Source: a virus
Virus record (IMG/VR): IMGVR_UViG_3300015374_000001
Coordinates: 30,197-94,196 of that record
Reading direction: 5' to 3' (one strand)
Length of the DNA: 64,000 nt
Of this stretch, positions 1 through 8,298 are shown in pieces. Below the pieces are notes generated by a model. That model was not told where the DNA came from and did not search any database. It was given only the letters and a program-made list of their open reading frames with translations. Position 1 is the first letter of the stretch. The number at the start of each line of letters is the position of its first letter. The translations under genes were made by a program, and so were the position numbers.

Positions 1-25
1 TAAAGCTGGCTCGTGTAGTTTTTCT

Positions 26-1660
26 GTGCCGGTTGATCATGAAGACTGGATAGGCATAGAAGAAGGTAAGCACGCGATAATTTGTTATCGCAAGGGTGTA
101 CCGATTTGGTCAGGCATCATCTGGAATATGAAAGAAGGTCTGCCTGAGAATCAAATGTCGGTCAGTGCAGTTGGTTGGTACGACACACTTAATAACCGCC
201 AATTGCGTCGTGACTTAGTGATCGGCTCAGAGGCTTCTAAAGTCATTCCTGGCGAAATAGTATTGAGGATTCTGGATGAGGTTAATTTAAAGCAGCGGCG
301 GCATTGGTCAGCGACAAACAGCAGACCAGGCTCTAATCCAGTTTTTTCTGTAGCTCTTCAACAAGAAGCTGGTTCTGTTGCTCAGGGAGTTACAGATATC
401 ACTAATGCTCCCGGCAATACTGCTGGCGGAACCCCGAATAGCTTATTTGGCATTCCAGATGGAATGGCTCTTCATGCCTTTTTCACATTGCCTAGCTTTA
501 CGGTTGGCTTAGAGGGCAACATCATTAGTGCATTAGGAATCAAGAATGATTCTGCGCCGCCTTCTGGTGCCAATGTTTATGCACAGAGAAACTTTTATGT
601 AACTGTTCAATACGTAAAAGCTATCCCGCCCGCTATACCTAATGACGCAACTCAAATAACTTTTTGGGCTAATTATACTCCTGGCTCGACACCTAGCGGA
701 GCAGCAGCACCCGCTGGAAATGTCCAAGGCACCACAGGAGTAATAACAGGTGTTTTCCCGGCTTATGTTCGTATCCTTAGGCAGGGAACTAATTTAATAG
801 GCCAATGGTCTAAGGACAATATTGACTGGACGACCATCGCTACCTTTGCTGCGCCGTGGGATATGCTCGATGGCGTGTCGGCTGGTGGCCAGCTTTTCAC
901 TAGGGCTTGGGGTAGCCTTTACAACCCGCCGACCAATAACAATCGTCAATTCTTCAATATTAACTTTATTAGGATTGGCGAACCTGAGCCGCTGCAACCG
1001 AGCTACGTATCACGCGGAACCCAAGGTGATAACTCCGCTACTCGTTGGACTAAATATTCTAAAGATGATGTTATTCAGAACTTGATTAATAACGCTGTGG
1101 ATATCGAAAATGGTATTGATTTTACTATCGATCCCATAACGCGGCAGATGAACACTAAGCCAGGTTCTTTGCAAACAGTAGATTCGCGTAAGAAGCCCGG
1201 AGTGGTATTTGGTTACAACTGGGGGCCACGTAATATTCAAAAGTTTGACCGCGAGAATGACTTCTCTGTGGTCAGGAATAGATTTACTGCTAAGGGCAAG
1301 TATGGAACGGGGCTCCAAGAAAGCGCGGCATCAGAAGATGCGTACAACATCGTGATGGAAGAGACTGCTCAGCTTTCTGAAGTCGTTGACAATAATGTGT
1401 TAGTCACTTTCGCGGCGGGAGAAGTGGCGCTTCGAGATACGCCACGTAAAATTTATTCATTCATACCATTCGCGTGGACACAGGATAGTTCTGTTCCTGA
1501 ACCATTTGTTGATTACACAGTCGGCGATCAGATCAGTCTCTTTGCCAAGCATGGCGAGCGCATCAAAATAGAAGGACTGCCGGTGAGGATCTTCGGCATC
1601 AATATCGATATCAGTGATGACGGGACTGAGCGTGTGAGTTCACTACAGGTGTCGCCATGA
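26..1660 (+). CDS. Siphovirus minor tail protein (ReqiPepy6 Gp37-like tail hub family); 5' end probably outside the window
   Basis: N-terminal 'IWSGIIW...SVSAVGWYDTLNNR' and C-terminal 'DYTVGDQISL...RIFGINIDISDDGTERVSSL' typical of actinophage minor tail proteins; central lectin-like insert. Confidence 0.7.
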   Translation: MPVDHEDWIGIEEGKHAIICYRKGVPIWSGIIWNMKEGLPENQMSVSAVGWYDTLNNRQLRRDLVIGSEASKVIPGEIVLRILDEVNLKQRRHWSATNSRPGSNPVFSVALQQEAGSVAQGVTDITNAPGNTAGGTPNSLFGIPDGMALHAFFTLPSFTVGLEGNIISALGIKNDSAPPSGANVYAQRNFYVTVQYVKAIPPAIPNDATQITFWANYTPGSTPSGAAAPAGNVQGTTGVITGVFPAYVRILRQGTNLIGQWSKDNIDWTTIATFAAPWDMLDGVSAGGQLFTRAWGSLYNPPTNNNRQFFNINFIRIGEPEPLQPSYVSRGTQGDNSATRWTKYSKDDVIQNLINNAVDIENGIDFTIDPITRQMNTKPGSLQTVDSRKKPGVVFGYNWGPRNIQKFDRENDFSVVRNRFTAKGKYGTGLQESAASEDAYNIVMEETAQLSEVVDNNVLVTFAAGEVALRDTPRKIYSFIPFAWTQDSSVPEPFVDYTVGDQISLFAKHGERIKIEGLPVRIFGINIDISDDGTERVSSLQVSP

Positions 1661-2364
1661 GTACAGTAATTCTCACAGACACGCTCGAACGCATGCTGCG
1701 TGAAATGCAGAAGGAAATCGATGAGCTTAAACGTGGTGCTGCCATACCTGTTGGCGCAGAGATGCGTTGGCCGCGTTTAATCGATCAAAGCGGAAACATA
1801 AATGAAAACACAGCTAATCGTCCGCCTGATGGATGGTTAGAGAGAAATGGCGACACCCTCTCACGCACCACCTTTAATAGCTTATTTGCTGAGATTGGGA
1901 CAAGCCATGGCGCGGGTGATGGATCTACTACATTTGCTTTGCCTGGCGGGTGGAAAGATCTAACGCTAGGCACTAACTGGCGCAGGTTAAGTAATGATCC
2001 TATTTATCAGCCTCAATGCCTGAAGCTAGCTGACGGTTTAGTTTTATTGCGTGGGATTGTCGAGCGCACAAATTCTGTTTATACGCTGCCATCGACAATT
2101 TATACTTTACCAGCCGGATATCTGCCAGAGAAAAACTTCTTTATCTGGCGTGGTCACCAAGATACTGGCGCTAACTTTGCTCAGCTTCGTATGTTTATAA
2201 ATGCGACTACAGGGGTGGCGGTTATTGATCAAGAGCAAGGAACGAATAACAAGCAGTTCTTAGGATCAGGAGGTGCCGCAAATGGTTGCTTCTATTACTT
2301 GGATGGAACCATTTTCAAGGCATCAAATGCAGGGGCTCCTGAGACTACAATAATTAAAACCTAA
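1657..2364 (+). CDS. Tail fibre protein with tail-collar domain
   Basis: 'IPVGAEM.W...PPDGWLERNG..LSRT.F..LFA.IGT.HGAGDGSTTF.LP' is the phage tail collar signature. Confidence 0.85.
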   Translation: MSTVILTDTLERMLREMQKEIDELKRGAAIPVGAEMRWPRLIDQSGNINENTANRPPDGWLERNGDTLSRTTFNSLFAEIGTSHGAGDGSTTFALPGGWKDLTLGTNWRRLSNDPIYQPQCLKLADGLVLLRGIVERTNSVYTLPSTIYTLPAGYLPEKNFFIWRGHQDTGANFAQLRMFINATTGVAVIDQEQGTNNKQFLGSGGAANGCFYYLDGTIFKASNAGAPETTIIKT

Positions 2365-2639
2365 TGCCCGATCAGCCTTCGAGAAGAAGAAGCAAGAGCG
2401 CGCGGCGAAGTGATGCTGTTGTTGGATTTATTATCCCATTCTTCTTTATCACCATCGCTAGCTATCAGCAGGTGACTCAAGGCAAGATCGATAAATACGT
2501 ATTAGGCGCGCTGCTCGTGTTCGGATTAGGCGCATTGGGTTGGCGAATAGATGTTCTGTTTGAAAAATATCTAGAGGCGAAGGCTGCTTCTGTTCGGCCG
2601 CTTGAGAGGCGGGACGAGGAAGTGGAAGATGGAGCTTAG
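2364..2639 (+). CDS. Membrane protein, putative holin (2 TM)
   Basis: Two hydrophobic segments, charged termini, immediately after tail genes. Confidence 0.5.
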   Translation: MPDQPSRRRSKSARRSDAVVGFIIPFFFITIASYQQVTQGKIDKYVLGALLVFGLGALGWRIDVLFEKYLEAKAASVRPLERRDEEVEDGA

Positions 2640-2651
2640 GCGAACATATCC

Positions 2652-3056
2652 ATGGCTAATAAATTGGCTAAAAGATCATCCTTTCACGTGGGCCGGGTGG
2701 ATGCTGGGACTCCTGATCTACCTGTTGGTGATTCTGCCATGAAAAGTAGTTGGATAGACAAAGGAGCAGAGTGGTGGGACAAACTGGGCAATATTCTTAA
2801 TAGGCGCCCAATTCAATTTATTCTGACTACTGTTGGAGTGATCGCAGTAGTCATTGCATTCACTATTTTGTTTACCAGAAGTATCGAGAACACAGCAACC
2901 CTGCATGAGATTCGTGAACAATTTTGTGCTGGCCCCAGGCCGATGACTGATATAGAAAATGAGAAGCGTTGTAATGAATTGTTTGACAAGCTTCTTGAAA
3001 CTCCGACCCATTCACAGCGGCAAAAGTTGAAGGAGCTAATAAAGTCAGGAGAATAA
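2652..3056 (+). CDS. Single-TM membrane protein with Cys pair
   Basis: TM 'IQFILTTVGVIAVVIAFTILF' followed by C...C; true start may be internal. Confidence 0.5.
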   Translation: MANKLAKRSSFHVGRVDAGTPDLPVGDSAMKSSWIDKGAEWWDKLGNILNRRPIQFILTTVGVIAVVIAFTILFTRSIENTATLHEIREQFCAGPRPMTDIENEKRCNELFDKLLETPTHSQRQKLKELIKSGE

Positions 3057-3458
3057 ATGATTTGGCCGTTAAAGCGTAGACACCGAGAAGACGATGTAAT
3101 AGATGATGTTGAATACGCGCTGCAAGAGGCGTGGTTATCTCGGCACGGTCTAACGCGCTTTGTCAGATTCATCCTGACGATATTGATTGCCTTTGTTTCG
3201 GTTACAGGATTTATTCAGACCAAAGAGCGCGACCGGTGTGAGCAGAGCAAAGCGTTCGTCGGTCTTTATGCCCAATTCCTTGAGCAGCAAGTCGAGTTCA
3301 GGAAGGAAGCCAATAAGAAGCTAGGGCCAAATGATCCTTTGCGTCCGACTGCTGAGGCTGCATTAAAGAATTACCAGACGCAACTTAAATTGCTTCATGA
3401 TTCTGGTGATATCAATTGTAATGATGAGTACCCGATTCTGCCGCTCATAGGTATTTAA
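3057..3458 (+). CDS. Single-TM membrane protein with Cys pair
   Basis: AGGAG RBS, TM segment, helical ectodomain bracketed by two Cys. Confidence 0.55.
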   Translation: MIWPLKRRHREDDVIDDVEYALQEAWLSRHGLTRFVRFILTILIAFVSVTGFIQTKERDRCEQSKAFVGLYAQFLEQQVEFRKEANKKLGPNDPLRPTAEAALKNYQTQLKLLHDSGDINCNDEYPILPLIGI

Positions 3459-3820
3459 TGACTATTTCTACTCAACGCTTCATCTGGTGGGCCTCCGCAG
3501 TAATTCTGTCTGTGGTGATTGCTCTGATCATAGGTTCAGAAACGAACCGTGACAATCTAATCAACGGTTGTAAACGCAATGGTGATTTCAAAGCAACAGA
3601 AGCTCGCGCCTGGGAAGAGGCTGCGCGGGCTCGTACTAGGGAAGGTGAACTAGGCACAGCAGCAACTTATACGGCTACAGCTAGGCAAATTAGGTTAACA
3701 ATTCCAATGCCAAGTGACTGGACCGAAGAGAAAGACGGAAGGAGAGGTGAAGATCTAAATGTGGTAGACGAAGGGTGTCATGAAGCATTCCCTTCTGTTC
3801 TGCCTGGGATTTTAGATTAA
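3458..3820 (+). CDS. Single-TM membrane protein with Cys pair
   Basis: TAATG coupling; N-terminal TM; GC...GC. Confidence 0.55.
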   Translation: MTISTQRFIWWASAVILSVVIALIIGSETNRDNLINGCKRNGDFKATEARAWEEAARARTREGELGTAATYTATARQIRLTIPMPSDWTEEKDGRRGEDLNVVDEGCHEAFPSVLPGILD

Positions 3821-3823
3821 ATA

Positions 3824-4528
3824 ATGATGGATCGGGCCTCACATTTTTGGGTAACCGTTAAGGATCGCCCACTGGCCCTAATTGGCGCAATAATAGGACT
3901 TGCGATTTTCGTATTTGCAGTTGTAAATGTGGTGCAAATCAGAACCAAAGTGATCAAGGTAGAGCAATCATCGCCATGTCTCGGGCTAACCACCCGGCAA
4001 TGCGCGTTTAAGTTATTGGCTGCTCTGCCAGTCAAGGAGCGCCACCAGATAGAGCGCCAGTATCAGCAGGATATAAATAAAGAACTAGCTAAGCGACTGG
4101 TAGAGGATCGTCGTCAGCAATTAGCTAATCAGGATGGAGGCACCGGAGGGACAGGAGGAACCGGTGGTGGAACCGGAGGATCAGGCGGGCAAATTAATCC
4201 GCGAGGCGGTGATGGAGGGGGAGGAAACCTCACGCCGGGAACGCCGGGACAACCAAATCAACAAACGCCTAGCAATCCTAGTAACCCTACTGTTCCTCCT
4301 AACAGCAGGAACCCTAGTAATCCTAATAATCCTCCTAGCGTAGACGTTCCACCGGTAGACGTTCCTCCAATTAATTTACCACCGGTAGATGTTCCTCCGA
4401 TTCATGTTCCTCCAATCCAAGTGCCACGGCTAGTCCCACAAGTCCCCGACCAGAATTTACTCCCAAAAGTAGAAACTCCAAAGGTGTGCGTTGATATTGA
4501 TTTAGTTCAGCCAGGTCTACAATGTTAA
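3824..4528 (+). CDS. Membrane-anchored Gly/Pro-rich protein
   Basis: TM, Cys pair, GGTGG and PP(V/I)x(V/L) repeats, terminal Cys pair. Confidence 0.6.
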   Translation: MMDRASHFWVTVKDRPLALIGAIIGLAIFVFAVVNVVQIRTKVIKVEQSSPCLGLTTRQCAFKLLAALPVKERHQIERQYQQDINKELAKRLVEDRRQQLANQDGGTGGTGGTGGGTGGSGGQINPRGGDGGGGNLTPGTPGQPNQQTPSNPSNPTVPPNSRNPSNPNNPPSVDVPPVDVPPINLPPVDVPPIHVPPIQVPRLVPQVPDQNLLPKVETPKVCVDIDLVQPGLQC

Positions 4529-4530
4529 GT

Positions 4531-4640
4531 CTTGTTCCGGTGGTCCGCGCATCGGGACAGGTGCCGCTCCCCCGGAGGTTGCTCCCCATGGTTTCTTCGC
4601 CGCGCCGTGGGTCGATGCGCCTCCGGGGTTGAGCGCAAAA
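4531..4640 (+). ncRNA. Structured leader or ncRNA (two hairpins) upstream of the small gene at 4649
   Basis: CTTGTTCCGGTG/CATCGGGACAGG hairpin, then CGCTC-CCCCGGAGG...CCTCCGGGG-TT-GAGCG with inner CCCATGG/CCGTGGG; TACAAT just upstream. Confidence 0.45.
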
Positions 4641-4648
4641 GGAGAGAG

Positions 4649-4870
4649 ATGACACTTATTCCCACAAAAATTACGCCAAGCCGAGAGGCCAGGCATCTAT
4701 TTATGTCCATGGTAAATTATTCTGATGGTGGCTTAATTAACTTAACGAATACCTTGGCGTTAGCCACTGCCAGAAAATGCGCGGGCATGGACGATCACGA
4801 GGCCGTAGAAGAGCTATGCAGAGCCGGTTGGATAGAAGCTGGCGAAGACGGCGGCTGGCTGCTACACTGA
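4649..4870 (+). CDS. Small winged-helix-like protein
   Basis: AAGGAG RBS before ATG 4649 (track start 4532 lies in the hairpins); C-terminus 'VEELCRAGWIE...GGWLLH' resembles the wHTH end of actinophage replication-initiator N-domains. Confidence 0.45.
   Translation: MTLIPTKITPSREARHLFMSMVNYSDGGLINLTNTLALATARKCAGMDDHEAVEELCRAGWIEAGEDGGWLLH
4860..4868 (+). promoter_or_regulatory. Extended -10 promoter TGCTACACT
   Basis: Matches TGnTAnnnT; identical 9-mer at 8154. Confidence 0.55.
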
Positions 4871-4874
4871 CGCT

Positions 4875-5020
4875 GCGCTCAAGGTTCAAGCGATCAAACT
4901 ACCGGGGCGGTAGCGAGTCAAAGGGGATCTGAGCGCGTTCACATATCCGGCAGCTAATGACCATGACGCTGTTCGGAGGGTGACAAGGGGCGGTCCCAAA
5001 AAGGGCCGTCCTTTGTCTTG
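4875..5020 (+). ncRNA. Candidate ~145-nt structured ncRNA with its own promoter and 3' hairpin
   Basis: GCGCTCA/TGAGCGC stem enclosing CTACC/GGTAG; second stem; final GACAAGGGGCGGTCCC/GGGCCGTCCTTTGTC hairpin. Confidence 0.5.
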
Positions 5021-5038
5021 GTGGACTAGTCACTGCCT

Positions 5039-6544
5039 ATGAGCTATGATAGCGGCGTGAAGCGTGCGCGTGTGGTCGTGGACAGTCATCTTCGCTTGGG
5101 CGAAGACTTTTCTGTGCCATTTCATGAATTGTGCATGGAAGTGATGACGCTTGACAACGAGAAGCACTACAAAGCACGAGCGGCGAACCGCTGGGATTGG
5201 CAGAATATCCCTAAGACCATTTCTCTCTACAGTATTGAGGATGATCATTTAGTTATTCCTCGGGGCTTTGCGCTAAAGCTAAAGCAATGGCTGCGCGAGG
5301 ATTGGGATACACGGGTGCGCTGGATAGATCGCACAGTATGGGAAGAGGGTCCGCACTTTGGCGCAGAAGAGTTTGAATTCCGTAATCACCAGTTGGATGC
5401 TGCTGAAGCGTTTTGGAAGCACCGCCAGGGAATTTACAAATCACCTACTGGAAGCGGCAAGAGCGGTGCTGTTGCTGGATTCCTTTGGCTTCATCATCCT
5501 AAGCGTGCGATTGTTATGGTTGACCGTATTAATCTCGTAGATCAGTGGATTGCGGACTTTAAAAAATTATGTGGAGACAAACTAAACATTGGGGCAATTG
5601 GTTCCGGGCAGTGGTCCGAAGGCCAGGTGACTATAGCTACCGTGCAAACGCTGCACAAGCGGCGCGAGCACTTAAAGAAGGAAGGCTGGTTCAATCAATT
5701 CAGCGCGATGTTCTTGGACGAGAGCCATCACGCAACAGCACAGATGTATCGAGAGCTAGTGAGTCTGTTCCCGGCGAGGATCAGAATCGGCATGAGCGCC
5801 ACTCCTGACCAAACAGGGGATTTCGCCATAGCCCTAAACGTCCTTGGGCCGGTCTTCCATGAAGATACATACGACGAAATTAGAGAGGCCGGATTTATTC
5901 TCACCCCTAAGGTGAAAGTGATCCATACTCCATACCGCTTTAATTATTGGGGCGATCACACTGTTAAGGCAAATGAGGAATGTGATATCCCCAACTGCCC
6001 AAAGATCGGCACGCCTCACTCACACAAGAATAATTACGGGAAGCTTCGGGCAGATATCGTCCAAGATCTTGAGCGTAATAGGCTGATTGCCAGCACGATC
6101 ATGGAATGGCATGGCAAGCATCAACTTGTGGTCAGTTCAGAAACCAAGCATTTAGATGAAATGATTTCTGCGACGGTTGACCAGGGGCTTGCGATGGAAG
6201 ATTGCTTCAAGCTCACTGGCAATGATGCGCGCGGACGTAGAGCAGAGATTCGCAAAATGTTTGTGGAAGCGCCACAAGGCGTGTTGTTTTCTACGGTAGC
6301 TGGCGAGGCATTAAATATTCCTGAGATTGATTGTGCTCATCTGGCCTTCCCAACCAAGAATGCCAAGGCGACAGAGCAGAAATTAGGGCGTGCTGTGCGT
6401 ATTCATGAGGGTAAGCCTGGTGCAACTATCATCGATTATGCGGATACTCTTGTTCGAGTTTTAGCAAAACAGTTCAAATCGCGGAGGTGGAAATGTTATG
6501 AGCCACTAGGGTTAGAAGTAGAGATACTTGATTTCAGTAATTGA
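5039..6544 (+). CDS. Superfamily 2 DEAD/DEAH helicase (UvsW/YejH-like)
   Basis: Motif I 'SPTGSGKS', motif II 'DESHH', motif III 'SATP', motif VI 'QKLGRAVR'. Confidence 0.92.
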   Translation: MSYDSGVKRARVVVDSHLRLGEDFSVPFHELCMEVMTLDNEKHYKARAANRWDWQNIPKTISLYSIEDDHLVIPRGFALKLKQWLREDWDTRVRWIDRTVWEEGPHFGAEEFEFRNHQLDAAEAFWKHRQGIYKSPTGSGKSGAVAGFLWLHHPKRAIVMVDRINLVDQWIADFKKLCGDKLNIGAIGSGQWSEGQVTIATVQTLHKRREHLKKEGWFNQFSAMFLDESHHATAQMYRELVSLFPARIRIGMSATPDQTGDFAIALNVLGPVFHEDTYDEIREAGFILTPKVKVIHTPYRFNYWGDHTVKANEECDIPNCPKIGTPHSHKNNYGKLRADIVQDLERNRLIASTIMEWHGKHQLVVSSETKHLDEMISATVDQGLAMEDCFKLTGNDARGRRAEIRKMFVEAPQGVLFSTVAGEALNIPEIDCAHLAFPTKNAKATEQKLGRAVRIHEGKPGATIIDYADTLVRVLAKQFKSRRWKCYEPLGLEVEILDFSN

Positions 6545-6657
6545 GTCACAGTGGCGAAATACGCGGAAGTGTGTTAGGCTGCCCTCAGCGGTGCTCAGAC
6601 CCGCTGGACTCGCAGCCTCGGGCAAAGGGCTTGAGGTGCAAAAGTACGGAGGTAGTT

Positions 6658-7233
6658 TTGTTTCAACGAAGGATTCTTTGGATAGTCGGACTTGCCTTAG
6701 TGGCAGCCGCTATCGCTGTGCCTGCCGGTGCGGCTAATTTAATCACCGGCAAGTCGGTCAAGAATAGTTCTCTGACCGGCAAGGACATTAAGAATAAATC
6801 CCTCACGAAGAAAGATTTCAAGGGATCTATTACTGGTCCGCGTGGTCCGCAGGGACCGGCTGGCCCGCAGGGTGTGCCTGGCAGCAAGGGTGAACTCGGT
6901 AATACTGGCCCTCAGGGTCCGGGTACCGATCAGCCCGCACTGCCTGGTTTAACTTATCATGTGGGTGAGTCTGAGGAAGTTGGAGTTAACGGAGCTAACG
7001 GCTCGAATATCGTTCAGGTGTCGGCATCTTGCGATCCTGGCGAAATTGCTGTTGGTGGCTGGACTTCATTCGAGCAGGCCGGGGATAACGAGCCCAACTC
7101 TTTCGTCGTGTTTGCGACGTTAGTGCTTGACTCGCCCGACGCTCAGTCGTATTTCGCAATCGTCTTTAATCCAGACGGTTTCGATGAAGATGTGGCTACC
7201 CCGCATATCGCGTGCGTGCCGCAGACTGCCTAA
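6658..7233 (+). CDS. Secreted collagen-like protein
   Basis: GGAGG RBS then TTG 6658; signal peptide ending 'AGA-A'; 'ITGKSVKNSSLTGKDIKN' repeat; GPx triplets; C-terminal Cys domain. Confidence 0.7.
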   Translation: MFQRRILWIVGLALVAAAIAVPAGAANLITGKSVKNSSLTGKDIKNKSLTKKDFKGSITGPRGPQGPAGPQGVPGSKGELGNTGPQGPGTDQPALPGLTYHVGESEEVGVNGANGSNIVQVSASCDPGEIAVGGWTSFEQAGDNEPNSFVVFATLVLDSPDAQSYFAIVFNPDGFDEDVATPHIACVPQTA

Positions 7234-7247
7234 TTAGGTAGACTAAT

Positions 7248-7324
7248 AGAGCCGGGGTTGTATCTGTGGCTGGGATTCTTCACCTAGCCTTAGAAGAGCA
7301 GATACAGCCTCGGCTCTTCTTTTG
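7248..7324 (+). terminator. Long branched hairpin ending in a T-tract (terminator or ncRNA)
   Basis: GAGCCGGGGTTGTATCTG/CAGATACAGCCTCGGCTC stem with inner GGCTGGG/CCTAGCC, followed by TTCTTTT. Confidence 0.55.
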
Positions 7325-7331
7325 ATACAAT
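7323..7331 (+). promoter_or_regulatory. Extended -10 promoter TGATACAAT
   Basis: TGnTAnnnT consensus directly before two hairpins. Confidence 0.55.
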
Positions 7332-7333
7332 CG

Positions 7334-7474
7334 TAAGGCCCTAACAATACCCAACAAAATAGGGTGTTCAGGGTCTTATCAGGTGACCAGGGGGAATCGC
7401 GTCGGAGGGCGGGTTAAATTCATGTGCAGCCTAACCCTCGTTACTAGATACGGTCGCGCCCCCTGGTTCACCCA
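7334..7474 (+). ncRNA. Candidate structured ncRNA/leader (two stem-loops)
   Basis: TAAGGCCCT/AGGGTCTTA hairpin; GGTGA-CCAGGGGG/CCCCCTGG-T-TCACC stem with inner GGGTTA/TAACCC. Confidence 0.5.
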
Positions 7475-7548
7475 TGTTTATTTTCTTTATTTCCCTGCTA
7501 GCCTTCGCACTATTGATAGTGGTCATAGTGCTTAAACAATTCATCTAA
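7474..7548 (+). CDS. 24-aa hydrophobic peptide (MFIFFISLLAFALLIVVIVLKQFI), not in ORF track
   Basis: ATG 7474 to TAA 7548, overlapping the RNase H start (TAATG); no SD. Confidence 0.45.
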   Translation: MFIFFISLLAFALLIVVIVLKQFI

Positions 7549-8036
7549 TGCGCGGAAAACTGTTTTTTGATGGCGGCTGCCGACCTTCTAACCCCGGTCC
7601 TGCGGGATTTGCATGCGTCATTCAAATGGAGAATGGCGACGAGTACACCCTAGCTCGACACATCGGTTTCAAAACCAATAACGAAGCCGAATATTATGGC
7701 CTCATTGTAGGAGTTAAATATGCTGCTGAGTGTGGAGCTACAGAACTTGAGATTTTTACTGATTCAAAACTGGTTGAAGGGCAAATCAATCAGGGTTGGA
7801 AGAGAAAAGATTTCAAGATGAAATGTCTTGCAGCAGAAGCAGAAGATGTTTTACGTAAACATTTCGAAGATAGCTGGGAATTAAACTGGCACAGAAGAGA
7901 GAATAATTCTCTGGCAGATGAACTCTGTACCAAAGCTATCTTAGCTGGGCAGCTAGCGAATCCATTTGTTAGAAAAACTGCGGTCACAGCCGCAGATATT
8001 AGGTCTATGGACCCCTTTAGCCGCCCTTCAACTTAA
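7548..8036 (+). CDS. rnhA: Ribonuclease HI
   Basis: 'FFDGGCRPSNPGPAG', 'TNNEAEY', 'TDSKLV', 'RRENNSLADEL' catalytic DEDD. Confidence 0.93.
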   Translation: MRGKLFFDGGCRPSNPGPAGFACVIQMENGDEYTLARHIGFKTNNEAEYYGLIVGVKYAAECGATELEIFTDSKLVEGQINQGWKRKDFKMKCLAAEAEDVLRKHFEDSWELNWHRRENNSLADELCTKAILAGQLANPFVRKTAVTAADIRSMDPFSRPST

Positions 8037-8132
8037 TAATTAGTTGAACCCATGCCCATCGTGTTTCACCACGGGCTAATATCCCCTCTAACGGGATAAG
8101 CGACGAGTCCTTGGCGACAAATTCGGTCAACC

Positions 8133-8162
8133 TTGAGGTATCGCCCGCGAGAGTGCTACACT
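8133..8162 (+). promoter_or_regulatory. Sigma70-type promoter TTGAGG-18-TACACT (extended -10)
   Basis: Both hexamers plus TG. Confidence 0.55.
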
Positions 8163-8167
8163 GCGGC

Positions 8168-8280
8168 AGTCGCTCTCGACACAGGCGACACCCTAGCACA
8201 CCCCCGTTACCCCTCACTGCCTTTGTACCCTCACTCCGAAGGCAGACCCCTGAAGCGCGGTAGCGGGGGTGTGCTGCTTC
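8168..8280 (+). ncRNA. Candidate ~110-nt sRNA
   Basis: GTCGC/GCGAC hairpin, then AGCACACCCCCGTTACC/GGTAGCGGGGGTGTGCT stem with inner CTGCCTT/AAGGCAG. Confidence 0.5.
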
Positions 8281-8281
8281 A

Positions 8282-8290
8282 TGCTATGAT
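8282..8290 (+). promoter_or_regulatory. Extended -10 TGCTATGAT, probably leaderless transcript
   Basis: 8 nt before ATG 8299, no SD; same 9-mer at 12891 and 22342. Confidence 0.65.
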
Positions 8291-8298
8291 CCCGCGTC

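Noticed and set aside
7382-7474. tRNA or tRNA-Sec (ends in CCA, contains TTCA)
   Set aside because: No T-loop GTTCRA or cloverleaf; kept only as a generic structured RNA
7334-8280. Retron or DGR (hairpins plus RNase H)
   Set aside because: No reverse transcriptase and no template/variable repeat pair in the window
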